Source of the DNA: Squalus acanthias
Lineage: Eukaryota
Length of the DNA: 64,000 nt
Direction of reading: 5' to 3'
Assembly (NCBI GenBank): GCA_030390025.1
Contig: CM059432.1
Span: 11,842,001 to 11,906,000 of the forward strand
Below the pieces are notes generated by a model. It saw only the letters and a program-made list of their open reading frames with translations. It made no database searches and was not told where the DNA came from. The translations under genes and the position numbers were made by a program. Numbering within the stretch: position 1 is the stretch's first letter; every line of letters starts with the position of its first letter. Below are positions 10,950-23,669 of the stretch, piece by piece.

Positions 10950-11624
10950 GATGTGGCTCAAAATATCTTGGTGAACAAAGTTTTCTATTTGTTATTGTTA
11001 TTTATTAGTTTAGTGTTTAATTTAATGTTTAGTTTATTTGTCCTTAGCTATAATGTTATTTTTTATGACTTATATTGTTTATTATATAAATGATAAAAAA
11101 ACTTTTGAGATTACAGCTTTATTTCTGAAACTTCCGTTATTACTACGTACTTAAAGTCAAAGAAAGGGCGGCCAAAATACAAGTTCGCCCAGGGCGCCAT
11201 TCTCCCTAAGGCCAGCCCTGTGCATCTCGCCCCTATAATGTAACACAGCTCCGTGCCGTTAAATTGGTTCGCTTTTGATCATAAATCTCACTCCTGACGT
11301 TTTCTGTATGTTGACAGATCTGAACAGGCTTTGGTACAGTCAGACTGAAAGCAAAACGATTTGCCAGGGAAAAAACTTGTATTACACTACGGGATGAAAC
11401 TCACAGCACCGAAAGACAGTCGCAATCCACCATTTCCACATGTTTATACTCATGAAATTGAGTTTTAAAAAAGTGTTGAGAACGAAGTGCCTGCAGTTTT
11501 TTAAAAAAAACATAACGAATAGATTTTGGTAAATAAAAACAGACATTGCTGGAAACATGCACCAGATCAGGCAGCATCTGCGGAAAGAGAAACAGAGACG
11601 TTTCAGGCCGTTGACATTTCAGCA

Positions 11625-13830
11625 GAATCATAGAATGATACAACACAGAAGGAGGCCATTCAGCCCATCATGCCTGTGCCAGCTCTTTGGTAGAGCTATC
11701 CAATTAATCACTGCTCTTTCCCCCATAGCCCTGTAATATTTTTCCCTTCAAGTATTTATCAAATTCCCTTTTGAAAGTTACTATTGAATCTGCTTCCACC
11801 ACCCTTTCAGGCAGATCACAACAACTCGCTGTGTAAAAAAATGTTTCCTCATGTGGTCTCTGATTCTTTTGCCAATCACCTTAAATCTCTGTCCTCTGGT
11901 TACCGACCCTTCTGCCACTGGAAACAGTTTCTCCTTATTTACTCTATCAAAACTATTCATGACTTTGAACACCTCTATCAAATCTTCTCTTAGCCTTTTC
12001 TGCTCGAAGGAGAACAACCCCAGCTTCTCCAGTCTCTCCACATAACTGAAGTCCCTCATCCCTGGTACCATTCTAGTAAATCTCTTCTGCACCCTCTCCA
12101 AGGTCTTGACAATCTTCCTGAAGTGTGGTGCCTAGAATTGACACAATACTCCAGCTGGGGCCTAACCAGTGTTTTATAAAGGTTTAGCATAACTTCCTTG
12201 CTTTTGTACTCTATTCCTCTATTTATAAAGCCCAGGATCCCATGTGCTTTTTTAACAGCCTTCTCAACCTGCCCTGCCACCTTCAAAGATTGGTGTGCAT
12301 ACACGCCCAGGCCTCTCTGTTCCTGCACCCCCTTTAAAATTGTACCATTTAGTTCATATTGCCTCTCCTCATTCTTCCTACCAAAAGTATCACTTCACAC
12401 TTCTCTGCATTAAATTTCATCTGACACGTGTCCGCCCATTTCACCAGTCTGTCTATGTCCTCCTAAAATTTGTTGCTATCCTCTTCACTGTTTACTACAT
12501 TTCCGAGTGTCGTATCATCTGCAAACTTTGAAATTATGCTCTGTATACCCAAGTTCAGGTCATCAATGTATATCAGATAATGCAATGGTCCTAATACCAA
12601 CCCCTGGGGAACACCACTATATACCACCCTCCAGTCTGAAAAACAACCGTTCCCCACAACTCTCTGGTTTCTGACCCTTAGCCAATTTTGTATCCATGCT
12701 GCCACTGTCCATTTAATCCCATGGGCTTTAATTTTGCTAACAAGCCTATTATGTGGTACTTGGTCAAATACCTTTTGAAAGTCCATGTACACAACATCAA
12801 CCGCACTACCCTCATCAACCCTCTCCATTATTTCATCAAAAAACTCGATCAAGTTAGTCAAACATGATTTGCCTTTAACAAATCCGTGCTGACTTTCATT
12901 TATTAGTCCATACTTTTCCAAATGGCAATTCATTTTGTCCCAGATTATTGTTTCTAAAAGGTTCCCCACCGCCGACATTAGACTGACTGGCCAGTAGTTG
13001 CCGAGTTTATCCCTCTCCAAATTTTTAAACAGGGTTATAACATTTGCAATCCTCCAGTCCTCTGGCACCTCTCCCATATCCAAGGAGGATTGGAAAATTG
13101 TGGCCAGAGTTTCCGCTATCTCCACTTTTACTTCCGTCAGTAAGCTAGGATGCATCCCATCCAGACCAGGTGACTTTTCTACATTGAGGACTGCCAACCT
13201 TTTAAGTACCTCGTCTATCTATTTTTATCCTATGCAATATCGCCACTACCTCCTCCTTTACTGTTATATTGGCAGCATCCTCTTCTCTAGTGAAGACAGA
13301 TGCAAAGTACACATTTAGTACCTCAGCCATGCCTCTGCCTCCACAAGATGATCTCCTTTTTGGTCCCCAATCGGCCCCACCCTTCCTTCAACTACCCATT
13401 TAATATTTATGTGTTTATAAAAGACTTTTGGGTTCCCATTTATGTTAGCCGCTAATCTATTCTCATACTCCCTCTTTGCACCCCTTATTCCCTTTTTTTA
13501 GATCTCCTCTATACTTTCTATATTCAGCTTGGTTCGCTACTGTATTTTGAACATCCTTCCCGAATACCTTGTAGCCAGGAATATTAAGTTCACAATCTTC
13601 CCCTTCTTTGAGCCAGGTCTCTGTTATTGCCACAATATCGTAGTCCCATGTGGCGATTTGTGCCTCCAGCTCACCAACCTTATTTACCACGATATGTACA
13701 TTTATGTACATGCACTCCAAACCCATCTTAGGCTGCCTTTCATTTGCCCCCCTGTCTGATCCCTCCTAATTCTGAACTATTCTTTACTCTAGTGCTATTT
13801 GCCTACCCTGGTCCTCGGCGCACCTTTCTC
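11625..13830 (-). mobile_element. CR1 LINE (endonuclease and RT remnants), frameshifted and internally deleted
   Basis: DIVAITETWL (EN); SPGLDGMHP...WRIANV...QHGFVKGKSCLTNLIEFF...VPQG...KFADDT (RT); ATTCTATG-type tail at about 11625. Confidence 0.9.
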
Positions 13831-13854
13831 TTGGATAATGTTATGGAGATTTAA

Positions 13855-14245
13855 CTGGAAGATGTTAGATATTTAACAGCTTTTAAGCAAGTGCAGAGTT
13901 GGGGAAGGGGGCAAGGGAGGGGAGGAAAGAACAAAGGGGAAGGTCTGTGATGGGGTGGGGGGGGTAGGAGTGACTAAAGGACAACTGATGGTGGAAGGGA
14001 GAAAAGGGGATGGCAATGGGACAGGTAGAGAAACACAAGATGGGTCCAGAGGAGGTGTAAATGGTTGCAGCTGACTAGCAGAGGGGGAGGGAAGCATGGC
14101 AAATCTGGCAAAGATGAGAAGGCTCCCGTGGTCCGAGAAAGATGGGTAGATCCCAGGGGGGGCGGACCACCCCCGACCATGTACCGATGGGCATCCTTCC
14201 CTATTTCAGATTTCCAGCATCTGCAGTATTTGCCCTTTTTTTTTT
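13855..14245. mobile_element. Penelope-like element 3'/pseudo-LTR remnant with an inverted piece
   Basis: Purine-rich PLE 3' region plus ATTTCAGATTTCCAGCATCTGCAGTATTT, shared with 25110-25220, 57895-58030 and 11530-11625. Confidence 0.6.
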
Positions 14246-15639
14246 TAGATTTTGGTAAAATTAGTTTCTGTCTTCTTAAGGGTTTAAAAGCTTCCCAGGC
14301 TCGTCCTAGGCACATTTAAACTGTTGTTATTATAAATGCAAGTTGTTGTTGTGTTAAATACATCAATATTACCAAGAAGTTTTGTAAAACTCAGGGTGTC
14401 CTACAGCCATTATGAGGTCAGATCATCGTCACAAGTCATAGGAACATTTGAAAGTCCAGAGTGAGGGAAGGCCTTTCAAGAGCATCAAGCCCACTCCGTC
14501 CACAGCCCACGTATGTTTATTTTATCGGGTGCTTCCTCCCCCCCAACTACCACGTGTTGATCCCCCTACACTAATGGTCAATACATTCCTTGCTTTACCT
14601 TCCCCCTCCTTCCCCCACCCCCAAACAAGCGGCGAGTACTCAATCCCCCTTCTCAATAGATATCAATCAGCTATCACTTAAATTTCTCTAGGAGTCTGTT
14701 CACTCGACCAGAGGGTTTCAGGCTGAGGTTTTTTTTATATTCGTTCCTGGGATGTGGGCGTCACTGGCAGGGCCATCCCTAGTTGCCCTTGAGAAGGTGG
14801 TGGTGAGCTGCCTTCTTGAACCGCTGCAGTCCCTGTGGTGAAGGTCCTCCCGCAGTGCTGTTAGGGAGGGAGTTCCAGGATTTTGACCCAGCGACGACGA
14901 AGGAACGGCGATATATTTCCAAGTCAGGATGGTGTGTCACTTAGAGGGGAGCTTGGAGGTGGTGGTGTTCCCATGCACCTGCTGCCCTTGTCCTTCTAGA
15001 GGTTGCGGGTTTGGGAGGTTCTTAAATAGGGGACCTATGCTGGGATTGTAGATAATCAAAATCATCAGATTTCTGTATTTGTTGACTTTGTAGCATGTTA
15101 TTTCTGTTGCTGTATATTAATAAAGAACCATTTGTGCAATGATACTGTAGTACTTTTTCCTTTGGGTGGCTGAAACCATCTGGACTGGAGCTCCCCAGGA
15201 GTATGTTAATATTTTCAGGGGGTCCCCTACACAGCATGTTTGAAATCAACTATACTATACTATGGGGGAAAAAATATCTTTTTAATTCTAATCTCCATCC
15301 CTGTTTATGAAGTTTGTATGTGAGTCCTCTATATTCACTGTTCAATATAAACAGCTAGGTCAATTGTCTTTTTGCTACAAATTGTCGGCTTCCCAGTGCA
15401 GTAAATCCCACCTGGTGCAACAGCAGCCATGTTACTTATTGTTTAAGGCACACAAAAAAATAAACTCACAACTATGAAAACTGTGAAATTCTCCAGAGTG
15501 ACGGATGTTTGGGGAGGATTTGCAGTGGTGGCTGGAGGCATTTCATTGGAGTCGTACATAAATTAGCTCAAAGCTGGCTCAGGATGGTACAAGCTTCCAA
15601 TTACATTCAAGCAAGTCTGTCATAGACATTTGATTCAAA

Positions 15640-16430
15640 CAAGAACAACTTGCATTTATATAGGGCCTTTAACATAGTAAAACATCCCAGGGCGCTTCAC
15701 CAGATAAAATTTGACACCGAGCCACATAAGGAAATATTAGGACAGGTGACCAAAAGCTTGGTCAAAGAAGTAGGTTTCAAGGAGTGTCTTAATAGAGAGA
15801 GGTAGAAAGGCAGAGTGTTTTATGGAGGGAATTCCAGAGCTAAGGGCTCAAACAGCTTAAGGCACGGCCGCCAATGATGGGCGAAGGAAATCGGGGATGC
15901 ACAAGAGGCCAGAATTGGAAGAACGCAGAGTTCTGAGAGGACTGGGGCTGGAGGAGGTTGCAGGGATAGGAAGGCACAAGACCATGGAGGGCTTTGAAGA
16001 CAAGGATAAGAATTTTAAATTCGAGGCATTGCTGGACCGTGTGCCAATATAGGTCAGCAAGCACATGATGGGCGAACGGGACTTGGCGCGAGTTAGGATA
16101 TGGGCAGCAGAGTTTTGGATAAGTTTACGGAGGGTGGAAGATGGGAGGCCGGCCAGGAGATCATTGGAATACTCGAGTCTGGAGGTAACAAAGCATGGAT
16201 GAGGGTTTCAGCAGCTGATGGGCTGAGGCAGGGGCAGAGACAGGCGATGTTACAGAGGTGGAATTGGTGATGGAGAGGATATGGGGTTGGAAGCTCAGTT
16301 TGGGGTCAAATACTATGCTGAGGCTGCGAGTAGTTTGGTTCAGCCTCAGACAGTGGCCAGGGAGGAAGAAGGAATCGGTAGCTATGGAACGGAGTTTGTG
16401 GCGGGTGCCAAAGACAATTGCTTCTTCAAT
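15640..16430 (-). mobile_element. L2-type LINE 3' fragment
   Basis: LADLYW...LEFKILILVFKALHGL.P.Y...IGGRA. Confidence 0.8.
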
Positions 16431-17938
16431 TAATCAGTATAGAAAGGAACAAGGGTGCCAAATTGTAACATCTTAACCCAGTAAAAGTAAAGGACTGTGA
16501 AATATTAAAATTCCACTACTAGATTAGATCCTCTATCACATTTAATAAATGCTAGAATTATTAACAAATTTTGCTGCAAAAACATTCATGGATATAATGT
16601 CATTACTGCACCAACCTTTTTCTCCTTGTTGACATGCTTATATTTTTGGGTGTCTTTTATTCTTTTTTACTCTTGATAGTTTTAGCTTCCATATTATAGA
16701 CAACTCTCATAGGTGAGCCCTAGCTCCCTGTGCCATCGAGAGTATCTTCACTTGAACTGGTATTTTGGTAAGTTTCATAGAGTACTCAGGATAATAAACA
16801 GAGAATTATTTTTTTGATTACTTTAGCTACCGGTTCTATAATATGCCTCGGCAGGATTCTCCTAGTCATAGAGAGATGGCAGAATAACACTATACATGAT
16901 TCTGTTTTAAGTTTTAATGAGCAAACCAATTTATTAAACAGTATTAGAACAAATGAATTAAAAAAAATAATATAACATAAAGGGTTTTGATAAAGTAAAT
17001 AAGGATAAATTGTTTCCACTGGCAGGAGGGTCAGTAACCAGAGGACACAGATTTAAGATAATTGGCAATAGGACCAGAGGGGAGATGAGGATAATTTTTT
17101 TTCCGCAGCGAGTTATTATGATCTGAAATGCACTGCCTGAAAGGATAGTAGATTCAATAGTAACTTTCAAAAGGGAATTGGATATATACTTGAAAAGGAA
17201 AAACTTGCAGGGCTATGGGGAAAGAACAGAGAAATGAGACTAATTAGATAGCTCTTTCAAAGAGTCGGAACCGACACGATGGATAAAATGGCCTCCTTCT
17301 ATACTGTATGATTCTATGATTCTAACGTATATAGTTAAAGTAATGAAGCTTAATCTCCTGCTCATTACAGTAGAAACAGAAAATTCATAGTTCATATACT
17401 AAGCTAAATTTGAATTAACTTACCTTAAATTTTAATATTAAAAAAAATATTTTAATCAATTATAGAAGTGTCTGGCTAACTAATACACTTTGGAAATTTT
17501 AGACAGATTCACTGTGCGGATTACAGAAAGCCTCTTGTTCTTTGAAAGCCCAAGATAGACTGATTGAGTTGATCAGGGTTATGCTGATAAAGCTTTTTAA
17601 AACAGTAACTGACTTCCAATTTAAAAATATGCCAATTATACACAAATCTGAACAAAAATCACTCAGCATGTTTGTATTTGAATTGAGTGACTTGGCTCCA
17701 ACCTGAAGCAAACTGCCTAGCAACAACCAATACATTAGTACAACAATGTATTGAGTTTTCTATATTTATTCTTAGGATGTGGGCGTCGCTGGCAAGGTCA
17801 GCATTCATTGCCTTTGAGAAGATGATGGTGGGCCTTCTTCTTGAACCGCTACAGTCGTTGTGGTGAAGGTGCTCCCATAATGCTGTTAGTTAAACTGGGA
17901 CATGATTGGTGTGAGTGAAGCTGGTTTTTAAATACCTT

Positions 17939-18652
17939 GGGCTGGATTTTGCCAGCCGAGATGAATTGGGGGTGGGACTGCTGGTTTCCGGGTTTTAGTT
18001 CCGCCCCCAGCGACGTCTGACGAACAGATGCTATTTTCCCTTGATTGGCCAATTAAGGGAAAGCCAGTGTCAGATGACGTCAGTGCATGACGCTTCATCT
18101 GCTGGTTTTCTTAAAGGGACAGGCCCCATAATTTTTTGACAGATGAATTGTCAGTGTTTGACAGCATTGAGGTGCTGTCAAACACTGGAAATCACTGTCC
18201 AAAGGTGAGCCCTTGCACTCGGGCTCTCCAATGACTCTCTCCTTAGGAGAAAACAGATGGCAGCTGCATGTGAGATTGCAGAAACTATCTGTCAATTCTC
18301 CCGATCAGATGAGGCTTCACAGAAACATCAAATCTTGTCACCTGCAGATACAGAATAAAAATATTTCTCACTACATTCTCTCACCTGTGATACTTACCTG
18401 TGCACCATTGCACCCATCACACTACCTCTGCAGCTGTCATTTGCACACTTACACTGCAGCAGACCCACAGCTTGCCTCACTGACCCTGGCGGGGTTTCCC
18501 GCTGTCGGGAAGCCCACATCAGCAGGCTGAAAATGGGGGAAAGCCTCTTAACTGCCTGTTAACTGCCTGTTGGGACCCGCTCCCAATTTTTCCCATTTTC
18601 GCAGCAGTCCCGCCTCCAAACCCGCCTCCTCAAGGCTGGTAAAATCCAGCCC
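17939..18652. mobile_element. Harbinger-like MITE
   Basis: 19-bp TIR GGGCTGGATTTTGCCAGCC / GGCTGGTAAAATCCAGCCC (1 mismatch), 3-bp TSD CTT. Confidence 0.8.
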
Positions 18653-20613
18653 CTTATGTACCATGACAGAATTAAAGAGCCAATATCAAGCTAATCTGTA
18701 GACAAAAATGCTTCATTTTTACCAACAATGTCTTGATTTCATTGTTGGACTCCTGAAAAGTGGAAGTGAAACTCTGAATGAATTCCTAGTTTCAGAATCA
18801 CAGACCTAAAACTACTTCTAACCATTCCTTAATTACTGAGTACTTAAATGGATTGTCTCCATGTATGATGATCTTCAATCCTATATTCCAGATTAGAATC
18901 AACAGCCTCCAGTGTCATCCATTGCTGAAGATAGTATCTCAGGAACAGGTTCATTTCCAGTGTATATTGGTCATAAAATTGTTGAACTTAATTAAATTCC
19001 TTTATCTTTTGCTATTGGATCATAAATTGAGAGGGTCCTTAACCAGATCTTTATAGACTAATAAACAAGGGAGAAATCAGCTGTTTGCATCACTTAACCC
19101 ACCCACTAAGATTGTCTAGATGTTATCTTGTGAAGGTTTGAAACCATATATTTATATTTTATTCAGTGTACTTCATACTTGAGACATGTTTAAGTGTATC
19201 AACAGTCTATTTGATATTTTTCTTCCACAAATAGGTTCTGGTCCTGCATTCGTTACTTATAGAAATGACTTCAGAGTGGAAGTAGAGACAATCTATGTTC
19301 CGACATAACTCCTGTTTAATTATTGCTCAATTTTTTTAGGCAACAGTAATAATTCAATTTTAGCAATTCATCAGTGCAGGAAAAAAAAATTGAGATGATT
19401 GCTCCAAAGCGATGACTGGGCTGGGTGGAAAACACTCTGAAACTTGTTTTCTCTGTGCAGATTAGTCAGTGTTTTTGCAGTGAGATTGAGGCGATGTAGT
19501 TATTAGTCATTCAGAGGAACTAAATTTAAACGGTATTGTACAACTAGACTTGGGGTGGAATGGGTGATATCTTACACAATGAAACTCACTGCACTCAACA
19601 CCAGTCACAATCTAGGCTTCCCATGAGTAATATATATTGATTCAATTTTTTTTTAAGGATTTGAGGGGAAATTCGTGCAGAGTTCAGGAAACCAAAACAG
19701 TTTCAAAATATGCTTCCACTCCTTAAGTGTTAAGAGTTATCTGATTATCTTTTATCAACATAAGACATGTTTCTGCATGTTCTTCCTTCCTATTTTAGCC
19801 CAAACCTCTTCAACTAATGTGACTTGTAGCAGCTCACAGTGGCCAATTACACCCTACAGTTTGTGTTGCTGAATGGCAGATCAACACCAATGCAAACTGA
19901 ATAATGTAATATCGATGCAAACACTCCCAAATCCAATTTTGGGAAGGAGAAAAAAAGTGCAGGGGTATGGGGAAAGAGCCGGGGAGTGGGACTAACTGGA
20001 TTGCTCTTCGAAAGAGCCGGCGCAGACTCGATGGGTCGAATGGCCTCCTTCTGTGCTGTACTATTCTATGACAGTGCAAGACCGCTTCCTGCTGCCTTGT
20101 CCCCATTCTTACTAAACTGCTGACCACCCGACTTCCCTTCCTGGGACCCCATGCAAGCTGACATTTAAATGGTCCCCCCTCCTCAGGTACTGTCCGCCTC
20201 CCTTTCAAAACCACCATTACCCCACTCTTCAAAAAACTCACCCTCGAGCCCTCTGTACTTGCAAACTACTGCCCCAATTTTCCAATCTCCCTTTCCTCTC
20301 TAAAGTCCTTCAACATTTTGCTGCCACATAAATCCGTGCCCTCTTTTCCACAACTCAGGTTTTCGTCCCTGCCACAGCCCCAACCAAAGTCGCAAATGGT
20401 ATCTTTGACACGGCTGACCACACCATCCTCCTCTAACACCTCTCCTCCATTGTCCAGCTCAGTAGGACTACCCTCTCTCGGTTTCACTCTTACCTATCCA
20501 ATCATAGCCAGATGATCGCTTGCAATGGCTTCTCTTCCTACACCTGCACCCTTACCTCTGGAGTTCTCCAAGGGTCCATCCTTGGCCTTTCCTCTTCCTC
20601 ATCTACATGCTAC

Positions 20614-21270
20614 TGTGAGACATGCAGAAATCGCCCCTCGCCCCGTCAAACAGTTTCCAAAGTTCAGACCCGTCGAACAGACAACACAAAACCCAGTGAA
20701 TCTGTGAAAACTTCTTTTACTTAAACATCAGCAAGAGGTTACAAGTAAGTACCAAATACAAACTGTTACAAGCAAGCATCGAAAATCATTTACTTTAAGC
20801 TCAGGTGATCATAAGCAACCACATACATACTAACACCAGTGAGAGGTCAATTCAGCGATGGCTAGACGTGTGACTTTAACTGGCAACTGACCAGGTCGCC
20901 CACGACTGCAGCCACCAGTGTCAGTCTACAACATCCCTTATACCCCAAAACTTGGCAACTCGCCCACAGTATTCATGTCCCAAACTGTGTGATTGATGTT
21001 GTTTTTCTCTCTCTCTTTCTATCTGTTTTGGCGCTTAGTTAACCAAGGCCAGACATTCAAGGGTTGGAGAGAGTCGTTGTTTTCACATCTGCCGGGTTGT
21101 TGACTTGTGGTTCTCACAGAATTTTCAAGATCTTATCTTTTGAAGGAAAAATACCAGCACATTATTTATTTTACAAATGTTTTAGCCAAGCAGTCTCTTG
21201 CCCTCAAAGCTTGCTGGTACATTTGGTCACTTTTAGATTCAGTCAAGTTTACCAAGGACAGTATTACACA
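20614..21270 (-). mobile_element. Probable solo LTR (about 655 bp)
   Basis: Cleanly interrupts the L2 RT region; TG...CA ends; TATA-like GGTATAAGG on the minus strand near 20940; TSD degenerate. Confidence 0.55.
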
Positions 21271-22105
21271 AACCCTTGGCCATATCATCTGCAGACAGGG
21301 ATCAGCTTCCAAAGCTATGGTGATGACACCCAGCTCTACATCTCCAACACCTAATCAACCCCTCCACTATTTCTTGTTGTTAGACTCCTTGTCCGGCATC
21401 CAGTCCTGGATAAACTGCAATTTCCTTCAGTTAAACATTGGGAAGACCAAAGCCATCGTCTTCGGCCCCCACCACAAACTTTGGACCCTAGCCATCGATT
21501 CCATCCCGCTCCCCAGCCACCAGCCCAGGCTGAAACAGACTGCTGCTCACAACCTCAGCATTCTACTCGACATCCAATTGAGCCTCCAACCCCATATCCT
21601 CTCCATCACAAAGACAATGTACTGCCACCTCCATCCATACCTCAAACCATCTACCGCTAAAACCCTGACCCATACCTTTGATACCTCTAGAATTGACTAT
21701 TCCAGTACTCTCCTGGCTGGCCTCCCATCCGCCACCCTCCATAAACTTCAACTCATTCTAAACTCTACTGTCCAAATACTATCTCGCACTAAGTCCTGAC
21801 CACCCATCACCCCTTGTCCTTGCTGATCTATAGTGGCGCCTGGTCCCCTAACATAGCAAAATTAAAATTCTCATCCTCATGTTTAAACGTCTTCACGGCC
21901 TTGCTCCTCCCTATCTCGGTAATCTTCTCCAGCCCTACAGCTCCCCTTGATTTCTCTGACTCTGGCCTCTTGTGCATTCCCCTCTTCTATTACCCCCATC
22001 ACTGATGGCTGTGTCTTCAGCTGCCTTGGTCCCAAGCCCAGCAATTGCCTCCTTAAACCGCTCCATCCCCCTCTCCTCCACTAAGGCCCTCCTAAATGCA
22101 AGTTA

Positions 22106-22390
22106 CATAGAAACATAGAAACATAGAATCTAGGAGCAGGAGTAGGCCATTCGGCCCGTCGAGCCTGCTCCGCCATTCAATACGATCATGGCTGATCATC
22201 CAAATCCAGTACCCTGTCCCTGCTTTAATCCCCACAGTACACATATCCCACCCTACCCCCGTAACCCCACATATTTAATTCCCCCTAACATATCCCATCC
22301 TATCCCCATAACCCCACATATTTAATCCCCCCTAACACTAAGGGTCAATTTATCATAGCCAAATCAACCTAACCCGCACATTTTTGGACT
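22106..22390 (-). mobile_element. HE1-like (V-SINE) fragment with a CR1-type tail
   Basis: AGTCCAAAAATGTGCGGGTTAGGTTGATTTGGCTATGATAAATTGACCCTTAGTGT on the minus strand, followed by a (TTTCTATG)n tail. Confidence 0.7.
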
Positions 22391-22904
22391 CACCGCTTTG
22401 ACCAAGGTTTTGGTCATCCCTCCTAATATTTCATTCTTTGGCTTGATGTCCATTTTTTTTTGATGTTACCTCTGTGAAGCACCTTGGAATTTTTTTTATG
22501 TTAAGGGTGCAATAAAAATGCATGCTGTTGTTATTATTCAGACAGCATAAAGTCGTAGTGGAGTTGAATAAAAGGAAATGGGAGAAAATACAAGATAACT
22601 TTCAACAAAACATTTGTACCTTGTTAGTAACAAATCAATTATATTAACAATCTTGGCAGGATAATTCCTTTAAACTTACTGTTTTGATTTCTCAAAGGAA
22701 TTAAAAATCAGAGCCTACTTAAAAAAACATCAAACCTTGCCAACGGCTTTAGGAATAAATCTTTAAAAAAAAATTTTGGCAATATAATTCATGGGATGTA
22801 ATTTACAGATCACAACTTTTGTGGGCAGAGGCTTAGGTCAATTATATTAGACACCACCTAGTGGCCCAACCTGAGAACTGTGAATCTCACACCACTTGAA
22901 TCTG

Positions 22905-23612
22905 AAAAGACTTACATTTCTACAGTACCTTTCACAACCACCGGATGTCTCAAAATGCTCTACAGCCAATGAAGTACTTTTGAAGTGTAGTCACTGTTGT
23001 AATGTGGGAAACGCAGCAGCCAATTTGTGCACAGCAAGCTCCCACAAACAGCAATGTGATAATGACCAGATAATCTGTTTTTTGTTATGTTGATTGAGGA
23101 ATAAATATTGGCCCCAGGACACCGGGGATAACTTCCCCTGCTCTTCTTCGAAATAGTGCTGACATGAATCTTGTCATTCATGTGGAAATGACTTATGAAA
23201 TAATACTGGGCGGCCTGCTGGTGGCGCTGTCCAGGGAGAGTATAAATACTCGGGCATGGGCCCAGCTTGCTCAGGACATTCTTTAACAGGAACTAGTGAA
23301 GGACACAACTAGACCTTCATGTTGAAAAACAGTTGATTAAAGCTTTGAAAGCTTTGTTTAACACTTAGACCAAGTGCCTAGTAGTTTTCTTACGTCAAGT
23401 GCCACGGGATTTTTACGTCCACCTGAGAGCAGACAGGGCCTCGGTTTAACGTCTCATCCGAAAGACGGCACCTCCGACAGTGCAGCACTCCCCTCAGCAC
23501 TGCACTGGAGTGTCAGCCTAGATTTTTGTGTGTAAGTCCCTGGAGTGGGACTATGAACCCACAACCTTCGGATTCAGAGGCGAGTGTGCTACCCACTGAG
23601 CCGCTGGCTGAC
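22905..23612 (-). mobile_element. Deu-domain SINE interrupted by a solo LTR
   Basis: The SINE sequence resumes exactly after the insertion. Confidence 0.85.
23160..23397 (+). mobile_element. 238-bp solo LTR
   Basis: TGACAT...ACGTCA inverted ends, perfect 5-bp TSD AGTGC (23155-23159, 23398-23402), TATAAATA at 23241, ATTAAA at 23336. Confidence 0.8.
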
Positions 23613-23669
23613 AATCTGCTGAGTATAAGTAACTAAAGACAAAGCAGTTTAGGTGTTCGCAAGATCTCA

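Larger units (their letters stand above)
9827..11220 (+). mobile_element. Internally deleted hAT transposon with nested MITE, minisatellite and SINE
   Basis: Termini CAGGGCCG / CAGCCCTG, 8-bp TSD TGTATCTC / TGCATCTC; hAT dimerisation-domain remnants FPNTWITLRILLTMP.SV..SERS...LRSTMGDDRLSLLAILSI across frameshifts. Confidence 0.8.
20075..22530 (+). mobile_element. L2-type LINE interrupted by a solo LTR and an HE1 SINE
   Basis: SGVLQGSILG, YGDDTQLY, NFLQLNIGKTKAIVF, SRIDYSSTLLAGLP; L2 tail near 22500. Confidence 0.85.

Noticed and set aside
12463..13197. Functional reverse transcriptase (also 45037-45759 and 52788-53480)
   Set aside because: All are truncated or frameshifted LINE ORF2 pieces; no autonomous element lies in the window.
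16660..16775. Plus-strand exon-like segment (pyrimidine tract-AG...GTGAG/GTAAGT)
   Set aside because: No recognisable product or partner exons; cannot be supported without RNA data.
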